From: Dickeya dadantii NCPPB 898 | Lineage (GTDB): Bacteria > Pseudomonadota > Gammaproteobacteria > Enterobacterales > Enterobacteriaceae | Reading direction: 5' to 3' | Length of the DNA: 32,000 nucleotides | Assembly (NCBI RefSeq): GCF_000406145.1 | Contig: NZ_CM001976.1 | Location: 747,260-779,259, forward strand | Translations under genes and position numbers: made by a program | The notes under the pieces: model-generated | What the model was told of the DNA's origin: nothing | The model's database searches: none | The model's input: only the letters and a program-made list of their open reading frames with translations | Part shown: piece by piece, positions 22,417 through 30,472 of the stretch | How positions within the stretch are numbered: the stretch's first letter is position 1 | Layout: every line of letters starts with the position of its first letter

Positions 22417-25400
22417 TTATTCCTGGGGGTTTTTCTCCGCCTTGCCCGCCATCAGAGTTAGGAAGTCATAGCGACGGCGCAGGTCCGCCTCGGCTTCTTC
22501 ATACAGCAGGGCAGCGGCTTCCGGCTGCTGGTTATTGAGCCGGCGGAAGCGTTGCTCGTTGAGCAGGGTTTCGCTCAGGCTGGCTGACGGCGGACGGGAG
22601 TCCGTCACCAGCGCCGGTTTGCCTTCCGCCGTACGACGCGGGTCGAAGCGATACAGCGGCCAGAAACCGGTGGCGGTCAACTGGCGCATCTGGTCGTGGC
22701 TGAATGCCAGATCGTAACCGTGCTCTTCGCAAGGGCTGTAGGCGATGATCAGCGACGGGCCCGGCCAGGCTTCCGCTTCCTGAATCGCTTTCACCGTCTG
22801 GTTAAGCTGGGCACCCAGCGAGATCTGCGCCACGTAGACGTGGCCGTACATCATCACGTTGATGCCGAGGTCTTTGCGCGCCTTGCGTTTGCCATTCTCG
22901 CCAAACTTGGTGACGGCGCCGAGCGGGGTGGCTTTGGACTGCTGGCCGCCGGTGTTGGAATAACACTGGGTGTCGAGCACCAGCACGTTAACGTTTTCCG
23001 ACAGGCTCATCACGTGGTCGAGGCCGCCGTAGCCGATGTCGTAGGCCCAGCCGTCGCCGCCAATCAACCAGATGGATTTGTCCACCAGATGATCGGCTTC
23101 CGCCGCCAACTGGCGGGCGTCGGCGCTATCGATGGCGCTGAGTGACTGACGCAGGCGGGCAATCTGTTCACGGCGCGCATCGGCGGCAACAGAGTCTTCC
23201 AGCAGGTCGGCCACCAGGTCGGCGGGCAGTTGCGGCTTGAGCTGCTCCAGCAGACGCAGAGCGCGCTGGCGATGCTGGTCGACGCTCAGGCGGAAGCCCA
23301 GCCCGAATTCGGCGTTGTCTTCAAACAGCGAGTTGGCCCATGCCGGCCCGCGGCCGTTGGCGTCGGTGGTCCAGGGCGTCGTCGGCAGGTTGCCGCCGTA
23401 AATCGAGGAACAGCCGGTAGCGTTGGCCACCAGCAGGCGATCGCCGTACAGCTGGGTCAGCAGCTTGATATATGGGGTTTCACCGCAGCCGGAACAGGCG
23501 CCGGAGTACTCGAACAGCGGTGTGATCAACTGCGAGGTGCGAATATCGATACGCTCCAGTTTGCTGCGGTCGATTTCCGGCAGTTTAAGGAAGAAATCGT
23601 AATGGGTTTTCTCGGTCGCCACATGGTCCAGACGCGGTTCCATGTTGATGGCCTTGATTTCCGGATTCTGGCGATCTTTGGCCGGGCACACTTCCACGCA
23701 CAGGTTACAGCCGGTGCAGTCTTCCGGCGCGACCTGCAACACGTATTTCTGACCGCGCATGTCGCGGGCTTTGACATCCAGCGACTGCAGCGATTCCGGG
23801 GCGCGAGCCATCGCATCGGCGGGCACCACCTTGGCGCGGATGGCGGAGTGCGGGCAGGCGGCCACGCAGTGGTTGCACTGGGTACACAGATCCGGTTTCC
23901 ACAGCGGAATCTCTTCGGCGATGTTGCGCTTTTCCCACTGGGTGGTGCCGACCGGCCAGGTGCCGTCCGGCGGCAGGGCGGACACCGGCAGGCTGTCGCC
24001 CAGACCGGCCAGCATCGCGGCGGTGACGGTTTTGACGAAGTCGGGCGCGGCGTCGGACACCACCGGCGGGCGGCACGGGCTGTCCGGGTTCACCGGCTCC
24101 AGCGCCACCGCTTCCAGCGCAGCCAGCGTCGCATCCAGCGCCCGCCAGTTGCGTTCCACCAGCTCCTGGCCTTTGCTGCCGTAGCTGCTGGCGATGGCGG
24201 CGCGCAGTTTGTCGCGCGCGTCGTCGCCCGGCAGGATTTGCGTCAGATGGAAGAACGCCATCTGCATCACGGTGTTGATGCGTGCGCCCAACTGGCATTC
24301 GCGGGCGATTTTCGCCGCATTGATGCAAAACACCCGCGCCTGACGCTGGTTCAGCCCGGCCTGCACTTCCTGCGGCAGCCGGTGCCACAGGTCGTCGGCG
24401 CTGTAAGGCGTGTTGATAAGGAAGATGCCGCCCGGTTTCAGGCGCTCCACCATGCTGTATTTGTCGATGAACTGCCATTGATGGCAGGCCACGAAATCCG
24501 CCTGTTCAATCAGGTAGGCGGAATGAATCGGGTGCGGGCCGACGCGCATGTGGGAAACCGTCAGGCTGCCGGCTTTTTTGGAGTCGTAAACGAAATAGCC
24601 CTGCACGAACAGCGGGGTCGAATTACCGACGATTTTGATCGAGTTTTTGGCGGCGGATACGGTGCCGTCGCTGCCAAGCCCGTAGAACAGCGCTTCCAGC
24701 GACGCCTGGGTCGGCATCGGCTGGTCGGACAGCGGCAACGACAGGTGGGTGATATCGTCATAAATACCGACGGTAAAACGCGCTCTGGGGTTGGTAAGCG
24801 CTAACTCTTTATAGGTTGCTTCGACACACTGCGGGGTGAATTCTTTCGACGACAGGCCGTAGCGGCCGCCGATTACCTTCGGCATAAGTGGGCGCTCACC
24901 TCGTGAGAACGCCTCCGCCAGCGCGGTCATCACGTCCAGATACAGCGGTTCAGCCTGCGCGCCGGGTTCTTTGGTGCGGTCCAGCACCGCGATGGACTGC
25001 GCGCCTGGCGGAATCGCCGCCAGCAGATGCTGCGCGGAGAACGGCCGGTACAGCCGAACCTTCACCACGCCGACTTTTTCGCCGCGTGTCAGCAGGGTGT
25101 CGATCACCTCTTCACAGGTGCCGACGCCGGAGCCCATCATCACGATAACGCGGGTCGCGTCCGGATGGCCGTAATACTCGAACGGCTGGTATTGGCGGCC
25201 GGTTTCGCGGGCGAAGTCGTCCATCGCCTGTTCCACGTGGCCGAATGCCGCGTTGTACCACGGGTTGGTGGCTTCTCGCGCCTGGAAGAAGGTATCCGGG
25301 TTGGAGGCGGTGCCGCGAATCACCGGACGCTCAGGAGTAAGCGCCCGCTCACGATGCGCATCAATCGCCGCCTGCGGCAACAGCGCGTGCAACTGCGCAT

Positions 25401-25950
25401 CGCTCAGCGGTTCGATCTTGTTGATTTCGTGCGAGGTGCGAAAGCCGTCGAAGAAATGAATAAACGGCAGACGGCTGTTGAGGCTCGCCATCTGGGAAAT
25501 CAGCGCGAAGTCCTGCGCTTCCTGCACGTTGCTGGCGCACAGCATGGCGCAACCGGTCTGGCGCACCGCCATCACATCCGAATGGTCGCAGAAAATGGAC
25601 AACGCATGAGTCGCCACGGTACGGGCGGCGACATGCAGCACAAACGGCGTCAACTGACCGGCCAGCTTGTACAGCGTCGGGATCATCAGCAGCAGGCCCT
25701 GCGAGGAAGTAAAGGTCGTGGACAGCGCGCCGGTCTGTAATGCGCCGTGCACGGTGGCGATGGCGCCGGCTTCGGATTGCATCTCAACCACCCGAGGTGT
25801 ATCTCCCCAGATATTCTTGCGTTCGTCGCTCGACCAGGCGGCCGCTTGTTCGGCCATGGTGGAGCTGGGAGTAATGGGGTAGATAGCGATAACTTCATTG
25901 GTTCGCCAGGCGACCGAAGCGACCGCGTTATTACCGTCGGTGGTGATCAT
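22417..25950 (-). CDS. nifJ: Pyruvate:ferredoxin (flavodoxin) oxidoreductase
   Basis: 1177 aa. N-terminus MITTDGNNAVASVAWRTNEVIAIYPITPSS, two 4Fe-4S ferredoxin motifs (CTQCNHCVAACP and CTGCNLCVEVCP), and the TPP-binding region GGDGWAYDIGYGGLDH. Size and order match E. coli YdbK/NifJ. Confidence 0.97.
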   Translation of the reverse strand: MITTDGNNAVASVAWRTNEVIAIYPITPSSTMAEQAAAWSSDERKNIWGDTPRVVEMQSEAGAIATVHGALQTGALSTTFTSSQGLLLMIPTLYKLAGQLTPFVLHVAARTVATHALSIFCDHSDVMAVRQTGCAMLCASNVQEAQDFALISQMASLNSRLPFIHFFDGFRTSHEINKIEPLSDAQLHALLPQAAIDAHRERALTPERPVIRGTASNPDTFFQAREATNPWYNAAFGHVEQAMDDFARETGRQYQPFEYYGHPDATRVIVMMGSGVGTCEEVIDTLLTRGEKVGVVKVRLYRPFSAQHLLAAIPPGAQSIAVLDRTKEPGAQAEPLYLDVMTALAEAFSRGERPLMPKVIGGRYGLSSKEFTPQCVEATYKELALTNPRARFTVGIYDDITHLSLPLSDQPMPTQASLEALFYGLGSDGTVSAAKNSIKIVGNSTPLFVQGYFVYDSKKAGSLTVSHMRVGPHPIHSAYLIEQADFVACHQWQFIDKYSMVERLKPGGIFLINTPYSADDLWHRLPQEVQAGLNQRQARVFCINAAKIARECQLGARINTVMQMAFFHLTQILPGDDARDKLRAAIASSYGSKGQELVERNWRALDATLAALEAVALEPVNPDSPCRPPVVSDAAPDFVKTVTAAMLAGLGDSLPVSALPPDGTWPVGTTQWEKRNIAEEIPLWKPDLCTQCNHCVAACPHSAIRAKVVPADAMARAPESLQSLDVKARDMRGQKYVLQVAPEDCTGCNLCVEVCPAKDRQNPEIKAINMEPRLDHVATEKTHYDFFLKLPEIDRSKLERIDIRTSQLITPLFEYSGACSGCGETPYIKLLTQLYGDRLLVANATGCSSIYGGNLPTTPWTTDANGRGPAWANSLFEDNAEFGLGFRLSVDQHRQRALRLLEQLKPQLPADLVADLLEDSVAADARREQIARLRQSLSAIDSADARQLAAEADHLVDKSIWLIGGDGWAYDIGYGGLDHVMSLSENVNVLVLDTQCYSNTGGQQSKATPLGAVTKFGENGKRKARKDLGINVMMYGHVYVAQISLGAQLNQTVKAIQEAEAWPGPSLIIAYSPCEEHGYDLAFSHDQMRQLTATGFWPLYRFDPRRTAEGKPALVTDSRPPSASLSETLLNEQRFRRLNNQQPEAAALLYEEAEADLRRRYDFLTLMAGKAEKNPQE

Positions 25951-26494
25951 GACTTAACCTTCTTTGTTGCTGAACGATGACCTGCTGCGTGGCGGCTATT
26001 ATCGCTGCCCGGCGAATTTTTTTGACCGATTATAGCCCGCTGAGTTGTTTCAAGGTGTGTATGGCAGCGCCACTGGCCGGCAATATAATAGCAGTTTAGG
26101 GGGCACTGTGCAGTTCCCAACCGGGTACGTTGCGGCAGATCCTCTGCGCCGGCGTTCACATTCCTGCGCGGGAATAGGGCGCTGGTGATAAACAGCGGTG
26201 TTAATGTATCGTTAATAAAATCAGGTTATATCACCTATTATCGTACAGCCAGACAAGAGCGTGGCGCTGTCCGATTAAAAATCCGACATTCGCCCGCAAA
26301 GCGGGAAATGCCAGTGGAAGGATAGGCATCTGCGCCTATGCTGAAATAAAGCGCCGGACACCTCCTGATGCGGGCGTGAGCGTCAGGCCGGCAGAAAAAT
26401 CCCAGACGCGACCATTAAGGAAATCTGTTCATACCTCAGGGATAGTCTTCGCGCTCTTCGGGTTGATTATCGACTTTGACGAAGGAACAGCACT

Positions 26495-26917
26495 ATGTTT
26501 ATCGATCTGAGAGACAAAATGGTATCGGTATTAGCCAGAATCCGTGAAAGAGGCTATGGACCGGAAGAAGCCATCAATCATATTGTTCAATCTCTGGGTA
26601 GTCGTTATAGCGATGTGTCCAAAGTAAACGTGCTGACCTCGAAACTGATAGCCGATGTGATTCACTCTACCTACCAGGATGAAACCTCGCCGCTGGAGAT
26701 TGCGGCCATTATCCGCATGCTTGGCTACGCCAGTCGGGATGTGGTGGGCGGCATTCACGAACAGTTTCCGCAACTGACGCCGGAAGAGGTTGGTCGACTA
26801 GTGCTGAATGAAAAGGTTTACCCCAAAACTGACCGCGCCTCTTTTGTCGCCGCCATGACCTACGGGGGCTATTCCCGCGAGGAGAGCGAGCAGGCGGCGA
26901 ACAGCCTGTATTCCTGA
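26495..26917 (+). CDS. Hypothetical 140-aa cytoplasmic protein with three GY-x2-3-(E/D)-helix repeats; no family recognised
   Basis: This is the only long ORF in a 1.1-kb gap. AGGA lies 8 nt upstream of the ATG. Codon usage is atypical (3 AGA, plus CGA, CTA, ATA). No TM segment or signal peptide. Confidence 0.6.
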   Translation: MFIDLRDKMVSVLARIRERGYGPEEAINHIVQSLGSRYSDVSKVNVLTSKLIADVIHSTYQDETSPLEIAAIIRMLGYASRDVVGGIHEQFPQLTPEEVGRLVLNEKVYPKTDRASFVAAMTYGGYSREESEQAANSLYS

Positions 26918-27066
26918 TGGTCGCTGACAGACGATATCAGGGCGGCAGGCTATCTTTGCTGTAGGCCGGCGCTATTGCCGCCGGCTGGAACCATTCTCCG
27001 CCATGATGCCACTGAACAGAGCGCCCGTGGATATGACGACGGGATGCGACTGATGAGGAGAATCTG

Positions 27067-27612
27067 ATGCGGCAACCTATCCTGACTACCGAGCATCTGG
27101 TATTGCGACCGTTGCAGGCGGCGGACGTCACTGATGTCTGCGCTCTGCTAAATAGCACCCCCGATATTTCCGCCATGACCATGTTGATTCCCTATCCTTG
27201 CCCGCGTGAGACGGTAGCCAACTGGGTTGCCGATTTACAGGGCAATTGGGAGCAGCGCAAAGGCGTGGCCTACGCCATCTGTTTATCGCAGAGTCAGCAG
27301 CTGATTGGTTCGATTTCGCTGGTGTCGCTGGAAACCGACCAGCCGGAAATCGGTTACTGGCTGGGTGCCGACTTCCGGCAACGAGGATTCGGCACCGAAG
27401 CCAGCCGTGCGTTATGCCAGTTCGCCTTTAGCCAACTGAGCATCGAGAAAATCTACGGCTGCCATTTGCCGCAGAACGTGGCGTCCGGCCGGGTATTGCT
27501 CAAATGCGGTTTTCATTCACTGGGGATGCGCCATGTGTTTCTGACTGCCCGCCAGCAGCAGGAAACCGTTGCCGTCTACATGATGCCATCGCCTATGATG
27601 GCGACGGTATAA
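27067..27612 (+). CDS. GNAT-family N-acetyltransferase (RimJ/RimL-like)
   Basis: 181 aa. GAGGAG lies 6 nt upstream of the ATG. N-terminus TEHLVLRPL, and core EIGYWLGADFRQRGFGTEASRALCQFAF...GRVLLKCGF. Confidence 0.88.
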   Translation: MRQPILTTEHLVLRPLQAADVTDVCALLNSTPDISAMTMLIPYPCPRETVANWVADLQGNWEQRKGVAYAICLSQSQQLIGSISLVSLETDQPEIGYWLGADFRQRGFGTEASRALCQFAFSQLSIEKIYGCHLPQNVASGRVLLKCGFHSLGMRHVFLTARQQQETVAVYMMPSPMMATV

Positions 27613-27636
27613 GCGGCGCCGTCTGGTTTTTGTGTC

Positions 27637-27930
27637 TTACTTTTGCAGCAGTAGCCTGATACCCAGTGCGGCTATCACGGTGCCGCTGAGGCGATCAAAC
27701 ACGGTCTTGAACCGCAGATAGGCGCTGCGCGGCCTGCTTGATGACAGCAGCAGCGCCACCAGCGCGAAGATGGCCGCCCCGGCGCCCATCCCCAGTGAAA
27801 CGGCAATACTAGTGCGTCGCGATGAGGCCAACGCGGTACGTGCGACCAGAATGAAACTTTGCCCCGGACTCATGGCGCCGAGCGCCAGTACCCCGCCGAT
27901 AGCGGCAATAGCCAGTATGTCGCTTGCCAT
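27637..27930 (-). pseudogene. LysE/RhtB-family amino-acid exporter remnant with an in-frame internal deletion (97 aa versus ~205 aa expected)
   Basis: The N-terminal ~60 aa (…LALGAMSPGQSFILVARTALASSRRTSIAVSLGMGAGAAIFALVALLL) match the family N-terminus. The last ~30 aa (…FDRLSGTVIAALGIRLLLQK) match the family C-terminus. The middle ~110 aa are absent. Confidence 0.55.
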
Positions 27931-28026
27931 TTTTTGCTTCCCAAGAGTGATGGAGAGTTATCTTTATCCTCTCTTTTGGAATTGGCGTAAACTGACGCGA
28001 TTCAACGGGTATCCAGGATAAGGACT

Positions 28027-28752
28027 ATGAAACTACGCGCCACGCTGCTGGCGGGCTCGGTATTACTGGCCGGGTGTGACCTGAAACCGGCCGCGGAGCC
28101 GGTGAACCCGGTACTGGCCGGGCTTTCCAATATTTTTGGCTTCGACGCGCTGCGGGGAAAGGTCAAACGCTTTACGCAAACCCAGACCGACGACGCCGGC
28201 AAAGTGACGGCCTATGTCGAAGGCGAGTTTGATGCCGAAGGGTGCCTCGCCGCGCTGCGCACTTATCAGCCGTCGATGAATCTCGATCTGGATCTGGTGC
28301 GTAACGGGCAGACGCTGGTGGAGCAGAGCGATCGCCAGGCGCTGTTTCAACTGACCGATCACTGCCAACTGGCGAAGACCACCGATGGCCGCCTGAGCTA
28401 CCGTTCGAACGACAAATACGCCATCGCCGAAGTGGTCTACCGCGATAAGCCGACGCCGCTGGCGAGCTATCGCTACGATGACGACGGCTTCCCGGTCAGC
28501 ATGACATTTGTTTCGCCGGAAAACGGCAAAGTGACCAAGGTTGAGATGCGTAACGATGCTCCGGCGCAAAAGCGGCTGGATGCCACCGTCGTCGTGACGG
28601 AAAACGATGAACAGGTCAGCGTGACCCGCACCAGCTGCCAGTATGACCAGCATTTCAATCCGCGTTTGTGTCAGGTGCTAGTCTCGAACGGCAAAGGCGC
28701 CGCACAGACGGTCACCACCCTGACGCATACCACCAAAATCGAGTATTACTAG
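28027..28752 (+). CDS. ynfC: YnfC-family (UPF0257) lipoprotein
   Basis: Lipobox LLAGC at residues 13-17. FGFDALRGKVKRFTQTQTDDAGKVT...EGEFDAEGC and the C-terminus ...TKIEYY parallel E. coli YnfC (FDFDPLRGPVKDFTQ..., ...NTIDYY) as I remember it. Confidence 0.82.
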   Translation: MKLRATLLAGSVLLAGCDLKPAAEPVNPVLAGLSNIFGFDALRGKVKRFTQTQTDDAGKVTAYVEGEFDAEGCLAALRTYQPSMNLDLDLVRNGQTLVEQSDRQALFQLTDHCQLAKTTDGRLSYRSNDKYAIAEVVYRDKPTPLASYRYDDDGFPVSMTFVSPENGKVTKVEMRNDAPAQKRLDATVVVTENDEQVSVTRTSCQYDQHFNPRLCQVLVSNGKGAAQTVTTLTHTTKIEYY

Positions 28753-28808
28753 GCGGTGCTTTTTTCTTGTCCGCGGGGCGTTATTTAGCGGCTGTCGCTA
28801 TTAGGCGT

Positions 28809-28870
28809 GACCGCTGGCAGCGGTCCAATGCGGGTGATAGCCTGATGGTTGCGGCCCGGATGCGGGCCGC
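28809..28870. repeat. Two GC-rich REP-like hairpins between the convergent ynfC and GH43 genes
   Basis: GACCGC-TGGCA-GCGGTC (28809-28825) and GCGGCCCG-GATG-CGGGCCGC (28851-28870). The second resembles the REP core GCCGGATGCGGCG. There are no U-runs. Confidence 0.4.
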
Positions 28871-28881
28871 GTAATCGGCGT

Positions 28882-30450
28882 TCAGGGCGTAACGTGGAAA
28901 AAATCGACGTCGACGCGGCCCGGCCCGCGCTGTTCCGGTAACGACAGCGCATACAGCCCGATTTTGGCCCCCACCCATTTTCCCGGCCCGGCGGCGAAAG
29001 GCTCCCCGACCGGGGCGAAACCGCCGTCAGGCGTGCGCCACGCGAACTGGCAGCGTGCGTTCGGCAGCACCGTCACCCGCAGTTCAAGCGTGTGCGCTTC
29101 TTCTCCAACCGGTAATGCTGGCCCAGCGTACTGGCGCAGTTCCTGCGCATCGGTCATCCAGCCATAGCCGCTTGTCAGCGCCACGCCGTCCGCCGTTTTT
29201 TCCAGCCCCAGAAAAGCGAAGCGCTCGCCGTAAACCATCAGCCCGCAGCGATCGCCCACGTTTTCCAGCGCCGCCTGCAGCCGGGTGGTGACCGTGAAGG
29301 TTTCCGCCGGAAATTTCTGCATCAGCAGGTTGGGAACGTCATACCAGGACGGCGCGCCATGACGCTGCGGCATCGGCTGGCAAAACAGTCGCAACCCCGG
29401 CCGGCACAGTTCGTACCAGCCTGCGTCGGGATTCGCCTGCCATTGCCACTGTAGGCCGAGCCGGTCGGCGGTGAAATCGTCGCCGGTCGCCGGTTGGGCG
29501 CGGATGTTGTCTGCGCTGACGGCCGGCATGGCCGCGTCCTCCACCGGCTCGCCCGGGCCGCCGTCGCCCGATTGCGCGCCGATCAACGGCCAGTCATCCT
29601 GCCAGCGCATCGGTTGCAGGTGTACCACGCGGCCGTAGGTGTGACGATCCTGAAAATGCACGAACCAGCTCTCGCCGTTTTCCAGCTCCACCCAGCCGCC
29701 CTGATGAGGGCCGTTAACGGCGGAGCGCCCCTGATGCAGCGCCACGCGCGCCTGCCACGGCCCCTGTAGCGAAGCGGCGCGCAGCACCGTTTGCCAGCCG
29801 GTGGGCACGCCGCCGGCCGGAGCAAAAATGTAGTACCAGCCGTTGCGCTTATAGAGTTTGGGGCCTTCCAGCGTCGGCTGAGTGGCGGTGCCGTCGACGA
29901 TAATCCGGCCTTCATCCAGCAGTTGACGGCCGTCGCTGCTCATCCGGCACAATTGTAGCTGGTGCTTGCGCCCGCTGCGGCTGAAGGCAAAGGCGTGAAC
30001 CAGCCAGGCGCTGCCGTCGTCGTCCCAGAATGGACAGGGATCGATCCAGCCTTTGGCTGGCTGCACGCAATGCGGCGCGCTCCAGTCTCCGCGCGGATCG
30101 TCGGCCTGACACATGAAGATCCCTTCGTCCGGCGTGCTGAAAAACACCCAGAATTTCCCGGCATGGTAGCGGATGCTGGGCGCCCAGACGCCTTTCCCCG
30201 GTTGAAACCGCTCGTAACCCGGCAGGTCGAAACGCGCAAACACATGGTTGATCAGCGTCCAGTTCACCAGATCCCGCGAATGCAGGATCGGCAGCGCCGG
30301 CATATGGTTAAAACTGGACGACACCAGATAAATATCCTCGCCCACCCGCACGATGTCGGGGTCTGAATAGTCGGCGAACAAAATGGGGTTACGGTAGCGG
30401 CCGTCGCCCCGATCCGGGTTCCAGGGGGATGTTGGTAGTGAAGGTTCCAC
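28882..30450 (-). CDS. Glycoside hydrolase family 43 beta-xylosidase/alpha-L-arabinofuranosidase (XynB/YagH-like)
   Basis: About 522 aa. NPILFADYSDPDIVRVGEDIYLVSSSF (catalytic Asp region), WAPSIRYHAGKFWVFF, and a C-terminal beta-sandwich domain. I prefer GTG 30450 (AAGGAG 11 nt upstream); the alternative GTG 30486 overlaps the transporter gene. Confidence 0.9.
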   Translation of the reverse strand: MEPSLPTSPWNPDRGDGRYRNPILFADYSDPDIVRVGEDIYLVSSSFNHMPALPILHSRDLVNWTLINHVFARFDLPGYERFQPGKGVWAPSIRYHAGKFWVFFSTPDEGIFMCQADDPRGDWSAPHCVQPAKGWIDPCPFWDDDGSAWLVHAFAFSRSGRKHQLQLCRMSSDGRQLLDEGRIIVDGTATQPTLEGPKLYKRNGWYYIFAPAGGVPTGWQTVLRAASLQGPWQARVALHQGRSAVNGPHQGGWVELENGESWFVHFQDRHTYGRVVHLQPMRWQDDWPLIGAQSGDGGPGEPVEDAAMPAVSADNIRAQPATGDDFTADRLGLQWQWQANPDAGWYELCRPGLRLFCQPMPQRHGAPSWYDVPNLLMQKFPAETFTVTTRLQAALENVGDRCGLMVYGERFAFLGLEKTADGVALTSGYGWMTDAQELRQYAGPALPVGEEAHTLELRVTVLPNARCQFAWRTPDGGFAPVGEPFAAGPGKWVGAKIGLYALSLPEQRGPGRVDVDFFHVTP

Positions 30451-30472
30451 GTTGATCTTCTCTCCTTCGCTG

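Noticed and set aside
23230-24804. 524-aa plus-strand ORF (and 25027-25740, 22696-23145) opposite nifJ/ydbK
   Set aside because: Antisense shadows inside an unambiguous 1177-aa PFOR gene.
26095-26125. Possible SoxS/MarA marbox (GCAC...AAAC) upstream of nifJ/ydbK
   Set aside because: The GCAC and AAAC elements are out of register by 2 nt relative to AYnGCACnnWnnRYYAAAY on the only candidate strand.
26495-27612. Hypothetical protein plus GNAT as a GNAT-toxin/antitoxin (TacT/AtaT-like) module
   Set aside because: The GNAT is RimJ/RimL-like (TEHLVLRPL N-terminus, 181 aa). The upstream protein is not an RHH/DUF1778-type antitoxin. The genes are separated by ~150 bp containing a hairpin, rather than overlapping.
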